Positions 1 through 18,809 of a stretch of 64,000 nucleotides of DNA are shown piece after piece. The notes beneath the pieces were generated by a model, which was not told the origin of the DNA, searched no databases, and saw only the letters and a program-made list of their open reading frames with translations. This stretch comes from the human T2T-CHM13v2.0 reference genome, Homo sapiens: the NCBI RefSeq assembly GCF_009914755.1, contig NC_060936.1. The stretch is one strand, 5' to 3'. A program made the translations under genes and the position numbers. Position 1 is the first letter of the stretch. The number at the start of each line of letters is the position of its first letter.

Positions 1-273
<273 letters not shown>

Positions 274-412
274 CTAAAGGTATGTGAAAATAAAGATACA
301 TATTTTCTTTCCCATCCAAGGTCACAGATGCCATGAATTCTATTCATGGATCCCATGCATCTCTGAATCCTATTTAGGTTCAGAACCCCTGAGGGAAAGG
401 AAAGTTTATTTA

Positions 413-758
<346 letters not shown>

Positions 759-2100
759 TCATAGAGATAGAAGGTCCAGATTTTCTACTCTGCCCCATAA
801 ATAGCTACATCTATTGTATTAGACTTTACACAGTAGAAATCATAACACAAACTACAGAGCACAAAGCAAATATAGTAAACATTGAAAAGATCCATTACAA
901 ATACAAACTGAATGTTAATATTTTGTTAGTATAAAACCACTACTTGAATGCCGAATCTGTAGTTATTAGCATTACTAAACCTACAATTTGCATAAAATAC
1001 TTTGCAAATTATGCATCTTATTGTTAATCTAAAATTGCTACACACTGTGCTCTGACCTAGTAATTCAGCCAACTGCAGGTTTTAGTAAAAGCGCTAGGGA
1101 TCCAAATGTGTCCACTCCAAAGTGTCCCATCATGGAACATTAATTATTCACCAAATGTGCTTAATAGCACTTTCTAAACTACAAGCTCCATGCAAATATT
1201 CAACATTATTGGGAGAGGATTCATACAGCACTATTAAAATCCCTCGAAATTATAAAGTAGTAACAGTAATAAGTCACAGAAACACTTTAAAAATCACTAC
1301 AAATTTATAATTTACCAAACTATCAAACAGATAACACTTTAAATACTGAAAATTATTTCGCTTCCTATAAATTGATATTATCTTTAAATAGTAGATTATC
1401 TTTAAAATAGCAGATTTAAAGAAACAGCAGAAGACAATTATAGTATATCCACAAATTACTATGCAGACATTAAAAATTATATCTTTAAATCTTATTCAAA
1501 ATGTTCCCAGTAAGTAATCACAGGATCCAAAACTGCAAATAGCATATAATCCCAATTTTATCTATATAAAAATATGAGCTGAAGAAGCAAATAATAAAAA
1601 ATTAATTTCGTTCTGGTGGAATGGTGTAATCCCAGGGTATTTATTGTCTCTCTTATACTTTTAGATGTTTTCTCTATTTTCAACAACATCCCTGTATTAT
1701 TTACTTATAATCAAAAAGGTTTTACATAGCATAAAAATACAATCCACTTAATATAGGTATTTTTCACATAGGTAAAAAAAATGTGGAATCACTCATGTTA
1801 TTAGCATGTAAGAGAGAAAATTTTCAGGGGCTCTAAGTCCAAATAATCTCCCTCACAACTGCTGTGCATTCTGAGCACACTTCGGGAGCCAATGCTTCTC
1901 TTCCCGGTATGTGCAGCTCCCTCGCTCTCCTGGTCTCTGGCACTATCCACAAACCATCACGGAGTAAGGAGTCATTGTTTCCCTCCTGCCTATATATAGA
2001 CATGGTCTCTGTATTAACCGGATTACTGACCAAAATGAGCCTATGCCGGGACAAGAAGGCTATCAAGCCACAAGAGAGGTGCTCTGAAGTGAACTCATAA

Positions 2101-2412
<312 letters not shown>

Positions 2413-2811
2413 TAAAACATTTTTTGTAGAGATGGGGTTTTCCCATGTTGGCCAGGCTGGACTCGAACTCCTGACCTCAAGTGATCCACCTGCCTCAGCC
2501 TTCCAAAATGCTGGGATTACAGTGTGAGCCACCTCACCCAGCCAAATTAAGCAAACCTATGAGTTCTAAAATGGCCTCTGAGAGGGTGTGCGGAAAAGAG
2601 GTCCTATCAAACACTAATACCGGGACTATAATTGGTAATCACACAGGAGGGCAATTTGGTAGTATCTATTAAAATTAATTTGTCACCAATGACCCAGCAA
2701 TTCCACTTACCCTAGCGAAATAATCTCAGGTGTGCATGAGCAGGCATGCAAGAATCTGTACTGAAGGACTGTTTTTAAGAGTGAAAAACTGAAAACAACC
2801 AAAATACCCAT

Positions 2812-3310
2812 CGTGCTCAACTGAATAATGGCGTCCACCAAAATGTCCACCTACTAATCCTTGGAACCTGTAAATGTGACCTTAGATGGCAAAAGGGACT
2901 TTGCAGATGTGATTAAGTTAAAGATCTTGAGATGGAGGGATTATCCTGTATTATCTGGGTGGGCCCTAAATGTACTCACAAGGGTGCTTATAAAAGGGAT
3001 GTGGGAAGAGTGGGTCAGAGGAGAAGGCGATGTGATGACAGATGAGAGACTGCAGTAACATACTCTGAAGATGGAGGAAACAGCAACAAGCCAAGAAATA
3101 CAAGTGGCCACAAGAAGCTGTGGAAAAGGCATGGGAACAGATTCTCCCCTAGAGCCTGCAGAAGGAACCAGACCTACCAATGCTTGACTTTTAGCCCAGT
3201 GAGACTCATTTCAAACTTTTGACTTCCAAAAATGTGAGAATAAATCCATGTTGCCTTAAGCCACGAAATTTGTGATAATCTGTTAACATGGCAACAGGAA
3301 ACTAAGATAC
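2812..3310 (+). mobile_element. MaLR solo LTR (MLT1D-like) inserted in an old L1M 3' fragment
   Basis: GGCAAAAGGGACTTTGCAGATGTGATTAAGTTAA, GATTCTCCCCTAGAGCC, AATAAAT...TTAAGCCAC...GGAAACTAA; about 500 bp; L1M-like sequence resumes on both sides. Confidence 0.75.
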
Positions 3311-4360
3311 TCATCAATAGGGAATGTCTAAATAAAACTGTGGCATTTCTAGAGTCTTGTGCAGCACTTAAAAATAATGTGGTAGATATATATATGGAGA
3401 CACAGAATGATCAAAACATATCCTTGAGTTTAAAAAGAAAGCAAGTTACAGAAAGATATGTCTAGTATGACATCTTTATGTAAAAAAGAAAAAAATAGAA
3501 TGTGTTATATACACACCAAAATTTTAAAATGGTCTTGAAGAATATACACGAAAAAATTTTCACTAATTTAGCCAGGGCAAGAAGGACACAGAGATCCAAA
3601 TTAGAGATGGTGCTTAAAAGGGACTTCAGTTTTACCTGTTATTTCCGTTTTGTCAAGAATGTATTCATGTACTACTCATAGTTTTTTTTTTAATTAATAG
3701 ATACATAAGCTGTGCTTAAAATACAGGATCAAAATAAAAGTTACACAATTTCTGCAATTTCTCTCCTATGCATTTGTCCCATAGTTGATCACCTGCTGTT
3801 ATTTACATTTGTCTACAACTATTGACTAAACATCTTGTAAAGCAGACTACACTCCTTGTGTTCACCCCACAACCACTGTTGTAAAACAAGAGGGAAAGGT
3901 GGGGAGGGGAAAGCATGGGGCACTTTCGGCAATTGACAGTACTTTCATAATTAACACCACAGTTACCTTCAGACCTAGGAAAGAAGAGATGTATGACCAC
4001 CCACCCAGCAGCTCGAGCCAACAGGTAGTATTTTATGACAGTAAAGATGGAAGCCAAGAAGACAGATAATAATCAAAGCTGATTTATTTAGCAAGACCTT
4101 AGGTATACAATTGGAGAAAAACTGAAACAGAGACTATCTATTATCTCATCTGCCTAGCCACACTGCAAACAAATTGAGAAGGAAGAAAATTCCAGCCAGG
4201 CGCGGTGGTTCACACCTGTAATCCCAGCACTCTGGAAGGCCGAGGTGGGTGGAGCACCTGAGGTCAGGAGTTCAAGAGCAGCCTGACCAACGTAGTGAAA
4301 CCCCATCTCTTCTAAAAATACAAAGCTAGCTGGGCATGGTGGCACATGCCTGTAATCTCA

Positions 4361-4564
<204 letters not shown>

Positions 4565-4631
4565 TCATCTGAGGTCAGGAGTTCGAGACCAGCCTGACCA
4601 ACATGGAGAAACCCCGTCTCTACTAAAACTA

Positions 4632-4784
<153 letters not shown>

Positions 4785-4971
4785 TCAAAAAAAAAAAAAA
4801 AAAAAAAGAAAAAAGAAAATTCCGCAGGGATCACCAACCAAACAAACAAACAAAAAACGATTCCACTACTATAGAAAAAATTATGTTGATGGGATAGTTT
4901 TGCTTTCAAATACAATAGGCAGCTGGCTGAATATGCATAAAATAACCTCCAAGCAACATAGCACCTTATAA

Positions 4972-5620
<649 letters not shown>

Positions 5621-6541
5621 TCAGCCCACATCCATCTTATTATTATTATTGTTATTTTTGTTTGGTTTTTTTGAGACAGGGTCTGGCTCTGTCACCCAGG
5701 CTGGAGTACAGTGACAGTCTTCGCCTACTACAACCTTTGCCTCCTAGGCTCAAGTAATTTTTCAGCCTCAGCCTCCTGAGTAGCTGGGACTACAAGTGCA
5801 TGCCACCACGCCCAGCTAATTTTATTGTATTTGTTTGTAGGGAGAGAGTTTTGCCATGTTGTCCAGGCTGGTCTTGAACTCCAGTCCACTCCTTGCCCTC
5901 CCATAGTGCTGAGATTACAGGCATGAGACACCATATCTGGCCACCTCCATCTTTTTAATTCTGACATTAGCCCTATCATTATCCCACTCTTTTAGATGAT
6001 GATAGTATAACATAATAGTTCAAGAATATGGACTCAGGGCTGGAATCAGACAGACCTATTTCAGTCTTAGCTTTGCCACTAACTATCTTACCTTTGTCAA
6101 GTTACTTAACTTTTGTCTGTGCCAGTTTCCTCATTTATAAAATAAAGATAATCCTTGGCCAGGCACGGTGGCTGACGCCTGAAATTCCAACACTTGGGAG
6201 GCCAAGGAGGGTGGATCACTTGAGGTCAGGAGTTAGCCTGGCCAACATGGTGAAACCCCGTCTCTACTAAAAATACAAAAAATAGCCAGGTGTGGTGGCA
6301 CGGGAGTTACTCGGGAGGCTGAGGCAGAAGAATCACTTGAACCCAGGAGGCGGAGGTTGCAGTGAGCCGAGATCACGCCACTGCACTCCAGCCTGGGCGA
6401 CAAAGTAAGACTCCATTTCAAAACAAACAAAACAAAACAAAAATAATAAAAGTAAAGATAATCCAGTACCAACCTCATGTTTTTTGTGAGGATCAAATAA
6501 AATAATGGATGTGAAGTACTTAGCACAGAACATACCACTCA

Positions 6542-7077
<536 letters not shown>

Positions 7078-7799
7078 TTAAAAAATTAGTAGCACACCGG
7101 TAGTCCCAGCTACTCAGGAGGCTAAGGTGGGAAGACCACTTAAAGCACAGGAGTGTGAGGCTGCAGTGAACTATGATCACACCACTGCTCTCCAGCCAGT
7201 GACAGAGTGAGAACCTGTCTCTAGAAAAATATGTTTAAAAAAAGGTATGGAATTTGCCCAAGGTCATACAGCAAGCAAGGAGCAGAGCTAGAATTTCAAT
7301 CCCAGTTTGACTCTTTAAACCTGACTTTAACTTCAAGGCAATACTGTCTCCCACAGCCCTCAAATACTTCATTCTCATTTTACAGCTCGAGCCAGACAAG
7401 CCTGAAAGCCTGTTGGGCCTTTTGCCCAAGCTCACAGAATACTGCACCAAGATTCAGTGACTCCTATTACAGTGCTCATTAATTGCATGGTAATCAACAC
7501 TACTGGTGAACAAGGGTAGTTTATTCGCTTATTCATTAACTCATCCAAATCTAGAATTCTATAAAAGTACATAAACACTTTCCAAAGGATTTTGCCCAAA
7601 GGATATATAGGCTAGCAGTGTCCTCCTAGGAGAATAGACCAACATAAATCTAAATATCATCTCAAAGATTTCACTTGAGTGTATGATAAGTATTTAAAGC
7701 CTTGATGATTTCAGCTGATCAACTTCAAACCCAAATGCCCCTTTTCTTATCTGGCAAAACAAAATAATAAACAAAAACCCTTTGCATCTATTAGGTTCC

Positions 7800-8272
7800 A
7801 TTTGTTAATTAACATATAATTGGCGTACAGTAAACTGCACATATTTAAAGTGTGTGATTTAATGAGTTTTGACATACATATACAAATGTGAAACCATCAC
7901 CACAATCAAAATAGGGAAAGAGCCATCGCCCCAAAAGTTTCTTCATGCTCCTTTATACTCCGTCCCTCTCATCCTTTCCTGCCTGCCTGCCTCTATCCCC
8001 AGGTAACCACTACAGATTAGTCTGCATTTCTAGAATTTCATAGAAATGGAGTCTTACAGTATATACTCCTGTTTGTCTGGTTTCTTCCACTCTGCATAAA
8101 TCCATGTTGTGAGTACCAACGGTTCATTCGTTTTTGTTGCTGAGTAATACTCCATTGTATGGATGTACCACATTTGTTTATCCATTCACCTGCTGACGGA
8201 CATTTGGATTGTTTCCAGCTTTGGGCAATCACAAATAAAGCTGACTTGAACATTCACGTTCAAGTCTTTGTG
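7800..8272 (-). mobile_element. Old L1M 3' fragment
   Basis: CCATTGTATGGATGTACCACATTTGTTTATCCATTCACC...GGACATTTGGATTGTTTCCAG; antisense translation ALFVIAQSWKQSKCPS. Confidence 0.7.
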
Positions 8273-8831
8273 TGGTGTGGGGCGGGGTGGAGAGGGAGTA
8301 CTTAAAAGCAAACACAATGAAATATGAGAAGCACTAACCAAAATGCTTAAATTTAAAATGAACTTCAACTGTGGAGTAAGAAATATCTTAGCCACCTTGG
8401 GTAAGTCAATCAGCTTCTCTGTCAATACTCTTATATACGATGCCTGCTTGTTCCCAACCGCAGTTTGTAAAGAAAAATGGAATAGGAAGCAGAATGCTTT
8501 TGGAATTCTCACAAGTAAGCTATTCCTTCTTTTCCCCCTCTTAAATTCCCTTTATCTTAAAAAGAATAATGTTCTATGAAATGCAATGCAAAATGCAATA
8601 ACATTTGAGATGTTATTTTTGAGTTATTGCTTTTTTATTTCTCTTAAATGTATATTTATTTCAACATTTTAAAAAAATTTCCTAAGCCGGTCGTGGTGGC
8701 TCACGTCTGTAATCCCAAAACTTTGAGAGGTAGAGGCGGCTGGATCACTTGAGGTCAGCAGTTCAAGTCCACCCTGGCCAATATGGCGAAACCGCATCTC
8801 TACTAAAAATACAAAAAAAAAAAAAAAATTA

Positions 8832-9032
<201 letters not shown>

Positions 9033-9097
9033 TTAAAATAAATACAAACGGCTATTTTTTCTTTTTTTTTCTCTTTGCCTTTTTCCACATGTTCTAA

Positions 9098-9349
<252 letters not shown>

Positions 9350-10434
9350 TAGCCAGGATGGTCTCGATCTCCTGACCTCGTGATCTGCCCGCCGTGGCCT
9401 CCCAAAGTGCTGGGATTACAGGCATGAGCCACCACGCCCGGCCACACTCTGCATTCTTAATTCACTCATAGTAAGATCCAAAGCCCTCACCTACAAGGAT
9501 CTACTTGATTTGTATCCCCTGCTCCCCATCTCTCCTCTCCCCTTTAGCTTACTGGGCTCAGACCTCCAAATATGCTGAGGACGCTTCCCTCTCAAGGACT
9601 TGGCTCTTGCTGTCGTCTCTGTATGGGATGTTCTTTCCCATATGGTATACTCCCTCCCTCCCTTCAGGTCTCTGCTCAAAAGCCATCCTGGGCTTTCCTT
9701 TTGTGTCCACCCTATATAAAACAGGACAGGCTGGGTGCAGTGGCTGACGCCTGTAATCCCAACTCTTTGGGAGGCGGAGGTGGGCAGATCACCTGAGGTC
9801 CGGAGTTCAAGACCAGCCTGACCAACATGGTGAAACTCATCTCTACTAAAAATACAAAAATTAGCCAGGCGTGGTGGTGCGTGCCTGTAATCTCAGCTCC
9901 TCAGGGGGCTGAGGCTGGAGAATCGCCTCAACCCGGGAGGTGGAGGCTGCAGTGAGCAGAGATGGCACTACTGCATTCCAGCCTGGGAAACAGAGCAAGA
10001 ATCTCTGTCTCGAACATAAATAATTAAAAATAAGATAAAATAAAACAGGACAGTTGGCTGAGTGCAGTGACTCATGCTGAGCACTCTGGGAGTCTCAGGT
10101 GGGAAGATCACTTGAGGCCAAGAGGAATTCAAGACCAGCCTGGACAATATAGCAAGGCCCCAACTCTAATAAAAAAAAAAAATAAAACAAAAAAACGGAG
10201 CCCTCTTTCCAATGCTCTCCATCTCTTTACTGAGCTATACTTTTCTCTTTAGCACTTATCATTTGCCTCTATGTCATGTTACATATTTGTCATTGTCTAT
10301 ATCATCCCACTAAATTATAAGCTTTTTGAGGACAAGGATTTTATTTTATCCACTGCTATATCCCCAACATCCAGGACGGTTGGCCCAGCTCACTCTAAAT
10401 TCCACCAATACTTGTTGAATGAATTAGTTGATTA

Positions 10435-10766
<332 letters not shown>

Positions 10767-11091
10767 TCAAAAAAGAAAGAAAGAAAGAAAGAAAAAGAAT
10801 TTACTGGGAAGAAAAATTTTAATTCAAATACTCTGGATCTGCTTAAATTAAAATACTAAATTCATGTTGATCTACTTCTTAGGAGGGATTCTTTCTTTAG
10901 ATTGACTTTGAGCAGCGCTTACAGGGTGAACAGAACACTGGAATCCAAAGGTAGAAAAGCTAGGGTCTAGTCATTGCCCTGCCACAACTAGCTATGCTAT
11001 AGTGACTAAGTCATAACCTCATCTTCTGATCACTGAGATCTCCTGATCTCAGAGAACTTCTTTCTAAAATGAGGGACATTATTATCTCTAA

Positions 11092-11327
<236 letters not shown>

Positions 11328-11722
11328 TAGCCAGGATGGTCTCAATCTCCTGACCTTGTGATTCGCCCGTCTTGGTCTCCCAAATTGCTGGGATTACAGG
11401 CATGAGCCACTGCGACCGGCGTAAAATTCTAAGACGTCTATTGCACTCTTCTGCAGTAAGGTTGCCAGTCATAATTAGTCAACTTGAGTCCCGTTCCTCA
11501 TAATCCGAAAGTGTTAACTGAAGGATTCTATATATTATAAAACTCTGTGGAAAATGGCCATTATTCACCCAGATGTCCACTGGAAGGAGAGGCTTGAAAC
11601 ACTGTATTTCATAGGTGTGGTGGTATTTCAAAAGATAGCTTTTAAAAAATTAATAAACCGGCCAGACGCTGTGGCTCACGCCTGTAATCCCAGAACTTTG
11701 GGAGGCCGAGGCGGGAGGATCA

Positions 11723-12136
<414 letters not shown>

Positions 12137-12372
12137 TTAACGTGCAAGCTCTTCATGTGCTCTTGAACAAGTCGAATACCTACTCTGCACTTCCTTCATC
12201 TGTACAATGAGTGCAATATTTCCAATTGTTAGGCTCTTTTGAGAATTTAATAAAATAATGCCTGACATGTAGGATACATTTAATCAATATTATTAAGTAA
12301 TTAAATATGTGCTGGGCATGGTGGCTCATGCCTGTAATCCCAGCACTTTGGGAGGCCAAGGCAGGCGGATCA

Positions 12373-12612
<240 letters not shown>

Positions 12613-13044
12613 TTATATATATATATATATATATGTGAATACACCCACACAAACACAAATCTAATAGCCACAAAAACATTCTTAGCTATCTATTTCTCCT
12701 GATACCATGGAGCCTGTATAACATGGAAAGAATGAAACAAGTTATTCACTACTACCAGTCATAAATGTTTATCACCCATACACATACTAGTTGCTGAGAA
12801 ATCAGACCATAAATTTAAAAAGCAATTAAAAAAAAAAATCTAGCAGGCCAGAGAGGTTCTTTCCTTTGAAAACCATTCTTCTGTGGAAATAGCTGACAAA
12901 TTCACGCAATACATTTATAAACATTTTAGGAAAACCAACATCACAGATATTTTAACTAATCCTACTCTTTCTAATCCTAAAAATAAACTACATAAATGAC
13001 ATATATGTATAAATTTTGGTTCTGTGAACTTGGATTAGTCTTTA

Positions 13045-13411
<367 letters not shown>

Positions 13412-14849
13412 TTAAATCAAAAGATTCCACTATCATAGCATAATACCCCTTGAGTTTTCAGGCAGATAAGACACTCAGACACACCTTGCTTGTTATAGAA
13501 CAGGCCCAAATGAGACACAATAAAACGATGATTCCATGTTAGGAATTCCCTACCAACCATATCCTCCTCTTTTTGGTGACTAGATTGTAAAATAAGTCAA
13601 TTAAGAGTTCATAACGGAAGTGCTGAAGCAACCGCAAATCCAGACACAAAAATACAGTGGAACGTATTCGCATCTCAAGCACGTCCAAATGTCTCGGCCA
13701 ATGTGATCCGATCACTGCCGTTTCCAGAAACACACAGTAATGGCTTTTAATTCATTTCTATAAATGTTCGTTGTGCGTAAAGCCAAACTGCACGCAAAAC
13801 CGCAAAACACAAAAGATCCCTCGCATGCCGTTTATAGCCAGAAGATAGGCCATCCTCTCTGCGCCCTACCCCAGAAAGCTCTCCTTACGGCAGTAAAAAT
13901 TTGATGACACCCCATGCTACCTACACATCAAAATGTCATCCCACAAAGTGGAAGGGGAGCAGTGTCAGCATCCGTTGGCCTCCATGAAACGACACTGCCA
14001 GTATTCCCACCTCTAGGCAAACACGAACCCAAGTGAAGTCGATGGAAAGTTCCCACCAACCAGGCATATTTGGTTCCCTTCTGCCCCCAAGGCCAAGCAG
14101 CTCAACTGATGAGATCTGCTGTTGCACCTGCCACGGCTCTGAACCCGGGATGCTTGGCGACCCCCGGGGCACACAAAAAGGCCCTGCGGCCTAACGCGCC
14201 AGTGACCCTTCCCCGAGAGTGCATGGAGGGCCGCTGGAGCATCCCTCTCGCTGTCCACAGCGCCCGCTTCCCTGACAAAGGCCCCGTGTCAATCCATCCG
14301 AGACACAACACAGAGAAGTTGCTGGATTGCCCATCGCGGACCCGCAGCTGCCACTACCCTCTCCCGGAAAAAAACCAAACCAAACCAAACAAAAAAAACA
14401 GAACTAGGGAAGAAAAGGATGGGAGGGTACACAGCGTGAAAATCAAAATGTTCCCAAAGCTAAGCAACCTGGGTGTGCCCTGGAAGTGGGTCCTGGGGGC
14501 CCGTGGGGGAGGGGAGGGAGGGCCCGGGTGGTGGCGGTGGCTCCTCTGGGGCATGAAGGCCGAGCCAGGCGCTAGCCTAATAAAATGCCGGGTGTCGGAA
14601 CGCTCAAAAGAAAACCACAAATGAAATCCCCTGCGGGCGCCAGGCCCCGAGGAGGGAGGGAGGGAGAGCGGGGCGGGCGGTCCGCAGACCTGCGGCCGCG
14701 GCCCCACCTGCCCGCCCCGCGCCCACACACACCTGCCCCGGCAGCCGCCGGGAGGCGAGGCCGCGGCTGAGGCGAGGAGGGGGCCCGACCCGGGGGTGCC
14801 GGGCGAGTGGGTCAGTCCGATGGCGGGGGCCGGGGGCCGCCTCGCTCAC

Positions 14850-15026
14850 CTCCAGGTCGGTGTCCGCGGCCTCTGGGGCCCCGAGGATCTCGCTGGGCAG
14901 CTCGGCCAGGTCGGTGACCCGGATCAGCCCGTCGTGCAGGAAGATGGTCTCTTCCTTCACCGAGAGCCACTGCGCCGAGTCAGCGGCCGCCGCCGCCGCC
15001 GCCGCCGCGGCCGCCGACGAGCCCAT
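14850..15026 (-). CDS. HECTD4: HECTD4 first coding exon (59 codons); the gene continues leftward beyond the window
   Basis: ATG in GCCATGG context at 15026. Translates MGSSAAAAAAAAAAADSAQWLSVKEETIFLHDGLIRVTDLAELPSEILGAPEAADTDLE and ends at donor GAG|GTGAGC (GT 14849-14848), 177 nt, phase 0. Lies in a CpG island; gene order next to RPL6 and PTPN11 fits. Confidence 0.9.
14982..15014 (-). repeat. HECTD4: Coding poly-alanine tract (Ala11, interrupted GCG/GCC/GCT codons)
   Basis: GCG GCC (GCG)7 GCC GCT after ATG GGC TCG TCG. Confidence 0.9.
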
Positions 15027-15225
15027 GGCCCCGGCTGAAGGCTTGGCGCTGAGGAGCAGACGCCCGGCCGGGGGAAACGGAGCAGGAGCCGCCGCGATCA
15101 CCAGTCCATGGCAGCGGCCGCCGCGCCCGCCAGCGGCGCCCCACTTGCTGCCTCGCCCGTGCAACTCCGCCCTAGGCGGTCCGAGTCGCCATACCCCCGA
15201 CCCCGGCCCGGGAGACCCCGGCCCT

Positions 15226-15258
<33 letters not shown>
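15226..15258 (-). repeat. Pure (GCC)11/(GGC)11 trinucleotide repeat in the HECTD4 5' leader
   Basis: 33 nt uninterrupted GCC read directly. Confidence 0.95.
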
Positions 15259-16376
15259 CTCAGGAGCAGGATCCGCCTCTGCCGCTCGGCAACCAACTGT
15301 CAGTGAGACGCCATGTTGGGGGCGGGGCTCCCGGCATGCCTCGCGGAGCGGACAATACAGGCCCCGCCCGCCGCTCCGCCCACCGCTCCGCGGACGAGGC
15401 CACCCGGGTGGCCTGGACGTCCGCCTAGCCCTTCGCTGCCGCCTGCCCTCGGCCTGACCTCCGCCGGCCCCTTCTCCCCCTGGCCATTCAGGGTAGCCCT
15501 GGCTTTGCAGCGCGCCAGGGAAGAGGACGCCGCTTCCCCCGTCCTGTCCCTACTCAGGTGTGCACCCCTTGCTCGGGCCCGCGCCCCCACCCTGGGCAGA
15601 GCATAGAGATCACTCCTTGTTTTCACGTTTAAATGAGATGCAAGCAAAAGGCTGGCGCAGAATAGGCGCTGCACACTTGTTCATAAGCACTTGGTAGAAT
15701 CACATAGTAGATGATTAATATTGACTGAAAAGTCTAGTACCCAGTAAGCACTCAAAACCTGGTGAAAATAAAGCGTCTGTCCACAATGCTTGGTGCTCAA
15801 TGCCCGACACTTAATATGTGCTCCATGAGTGGCAATTCTAATTATTGCTATGTTCGTTCCATCAGTGTTCCACACTAATTGACATACACCTTAAAAATAT
15901 GCTCACTAGGCCGGGTGCGGTGGCTCACACCTGTAATCCCAGCACGGAGGTCAAGGCAGAAGGACTGCTTGAGCCCAGAAGTTTGAGGCCAGCCTGGGCA
16001 ACATAGGGAGACCCCATCTCTACAAAAAATAAAAATTAGCGGGGCAGGGTGGCAAGCGTCTGTAGTCCTGCTACTCGGGAGGCTGAGGCAAGAGGATCTC
16101 TTGAACTCAGGAGGTGGAGGCTGCAGTGAGCTATTATCTTGCCACTGCACTCCAGCCCGGGCGACAGAGGGAGACCCCATCCCTCCCTCCCCACCAAAAA
16201 TATATATATGCCCACCAGTGCCATTTTATAAAAACAAGAAAGGAAAACTATATGTATAAAGAACAATGCATGAACAAATACACACCAGATGTTTAAGGTG
16301 AGTTGCCATGGGAGTGTGGGGCTGGTCTGGAACTACTGAGATGAGATTGTTCTCTATTACTTGTATATTTTTATCA

Positions 16377-16728
<352 letters not shown>

Positions 16729-16928
16729 TTAAGGTGCATACCCTTTGATCCAGCAATTCAACTTTGAGGAAGTTGTCTGAAGGAAATAATCAGACTCGTA
16801 GTCAAGGATGGATATACAGGGTTGTGTAGCTCAATATTGTTTACAAAAGGAAAAACTTATCAATCTAGATGTCCAACAATATGGGGCTGGTTAACTAAAA
16901 TATGATATATCCATAAGATGGAATATTA

Positions 16929-17102
<174 letters not shown>

Positions 17103-17458
17103 TCAGGAGGCTGAAGCAGGAAGATCGTTTGAGCCCAGAAGGCAGAAGTTGCAGTGATTCAGCTAAGATTATGCCACTGCACTCCAGCCTGGGCAACAGA
17201 GTAAGACCCTGTCTCAAAAAAGAAGAAAAGAAGAGGAAGAGGAGGAAGAAGAGAACAATAAATCCAGCAGTTCAGAGTTGATCAGAACCATGGAAACAAT
17301 AAAACAGGCAAGTGTAATGGAATGGCCATTTCATCAAATCCTCCCAAATGTCTGAGAGGGGGAGTATTATTATTCCTACTTTCAGCTGGGAAGTCAAGAC
17401 TCAGTTAGATACTTTGCTCAATGTCACAAAGCCAGTAAACATCAAAGCTCAGATGTAA

Positions 17459-17776
<318 letters not shown>

Positions 17777-18074
17777 TGATCTACCCGCCTCGGCCTCCCA
17801 AAGTGCTGGGATTACAGGTGTGAGCCACCGCGCCCGGCCCTTCATTCCCTTTTCCAAACCTAATAACAACTATCTATCACAATTAAAAATATATATATAG
17901 GCTGGATGTGGTGGCTTGCACCTGTAATCCCAGCATTTTGGGAGGCTGAGGCAGGCAGATCACCTGCGGTCAGGAGTTCGAGAGCAGCGTGGCCAACATG
18001 GCAAAACCCTTTCTCTACTAAAAAATATATAAAAATTAGCCAGGTGTCGTGGCGTGCACCTGTAGTCCCAGCTA

Positions 18075-18258
<184 letters not shown>

Positions 18259-18302
18259 TTAGAAGGCTGAGGTGGGAGGATTGCTTGAGCCCAGGAGGTT
18301 GA

Positions 18303-18809
<507 letters not shown>

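Larger units (their letters stand above)
14140..15670. promoter_or_regulatory. CpG island / HECTD4 promoter with YY1 motif CGCCATGTT (15309-15317) and GC boxes
   Basis: Very high GC and CpG density; GGGGCGGGG near 15318-15328 and CCGCCC motifs 15360-15385. Boundaries approximate. Confidence 0.85.

Noticed and set aside
14604-14849. Continuation of the HECTD4 ORF past DTDLE
   Set aside because: Reads through the GAG|GTGAGC donor into intron 1.
14860-15428. Plus-strand poly-Ala and poly-Arg ORFs antisense to HECTD4 exon 1
   Set aside because: Expected by-products of GCC repeats and palindromic CCATGG sites; no independent support in the sequence.
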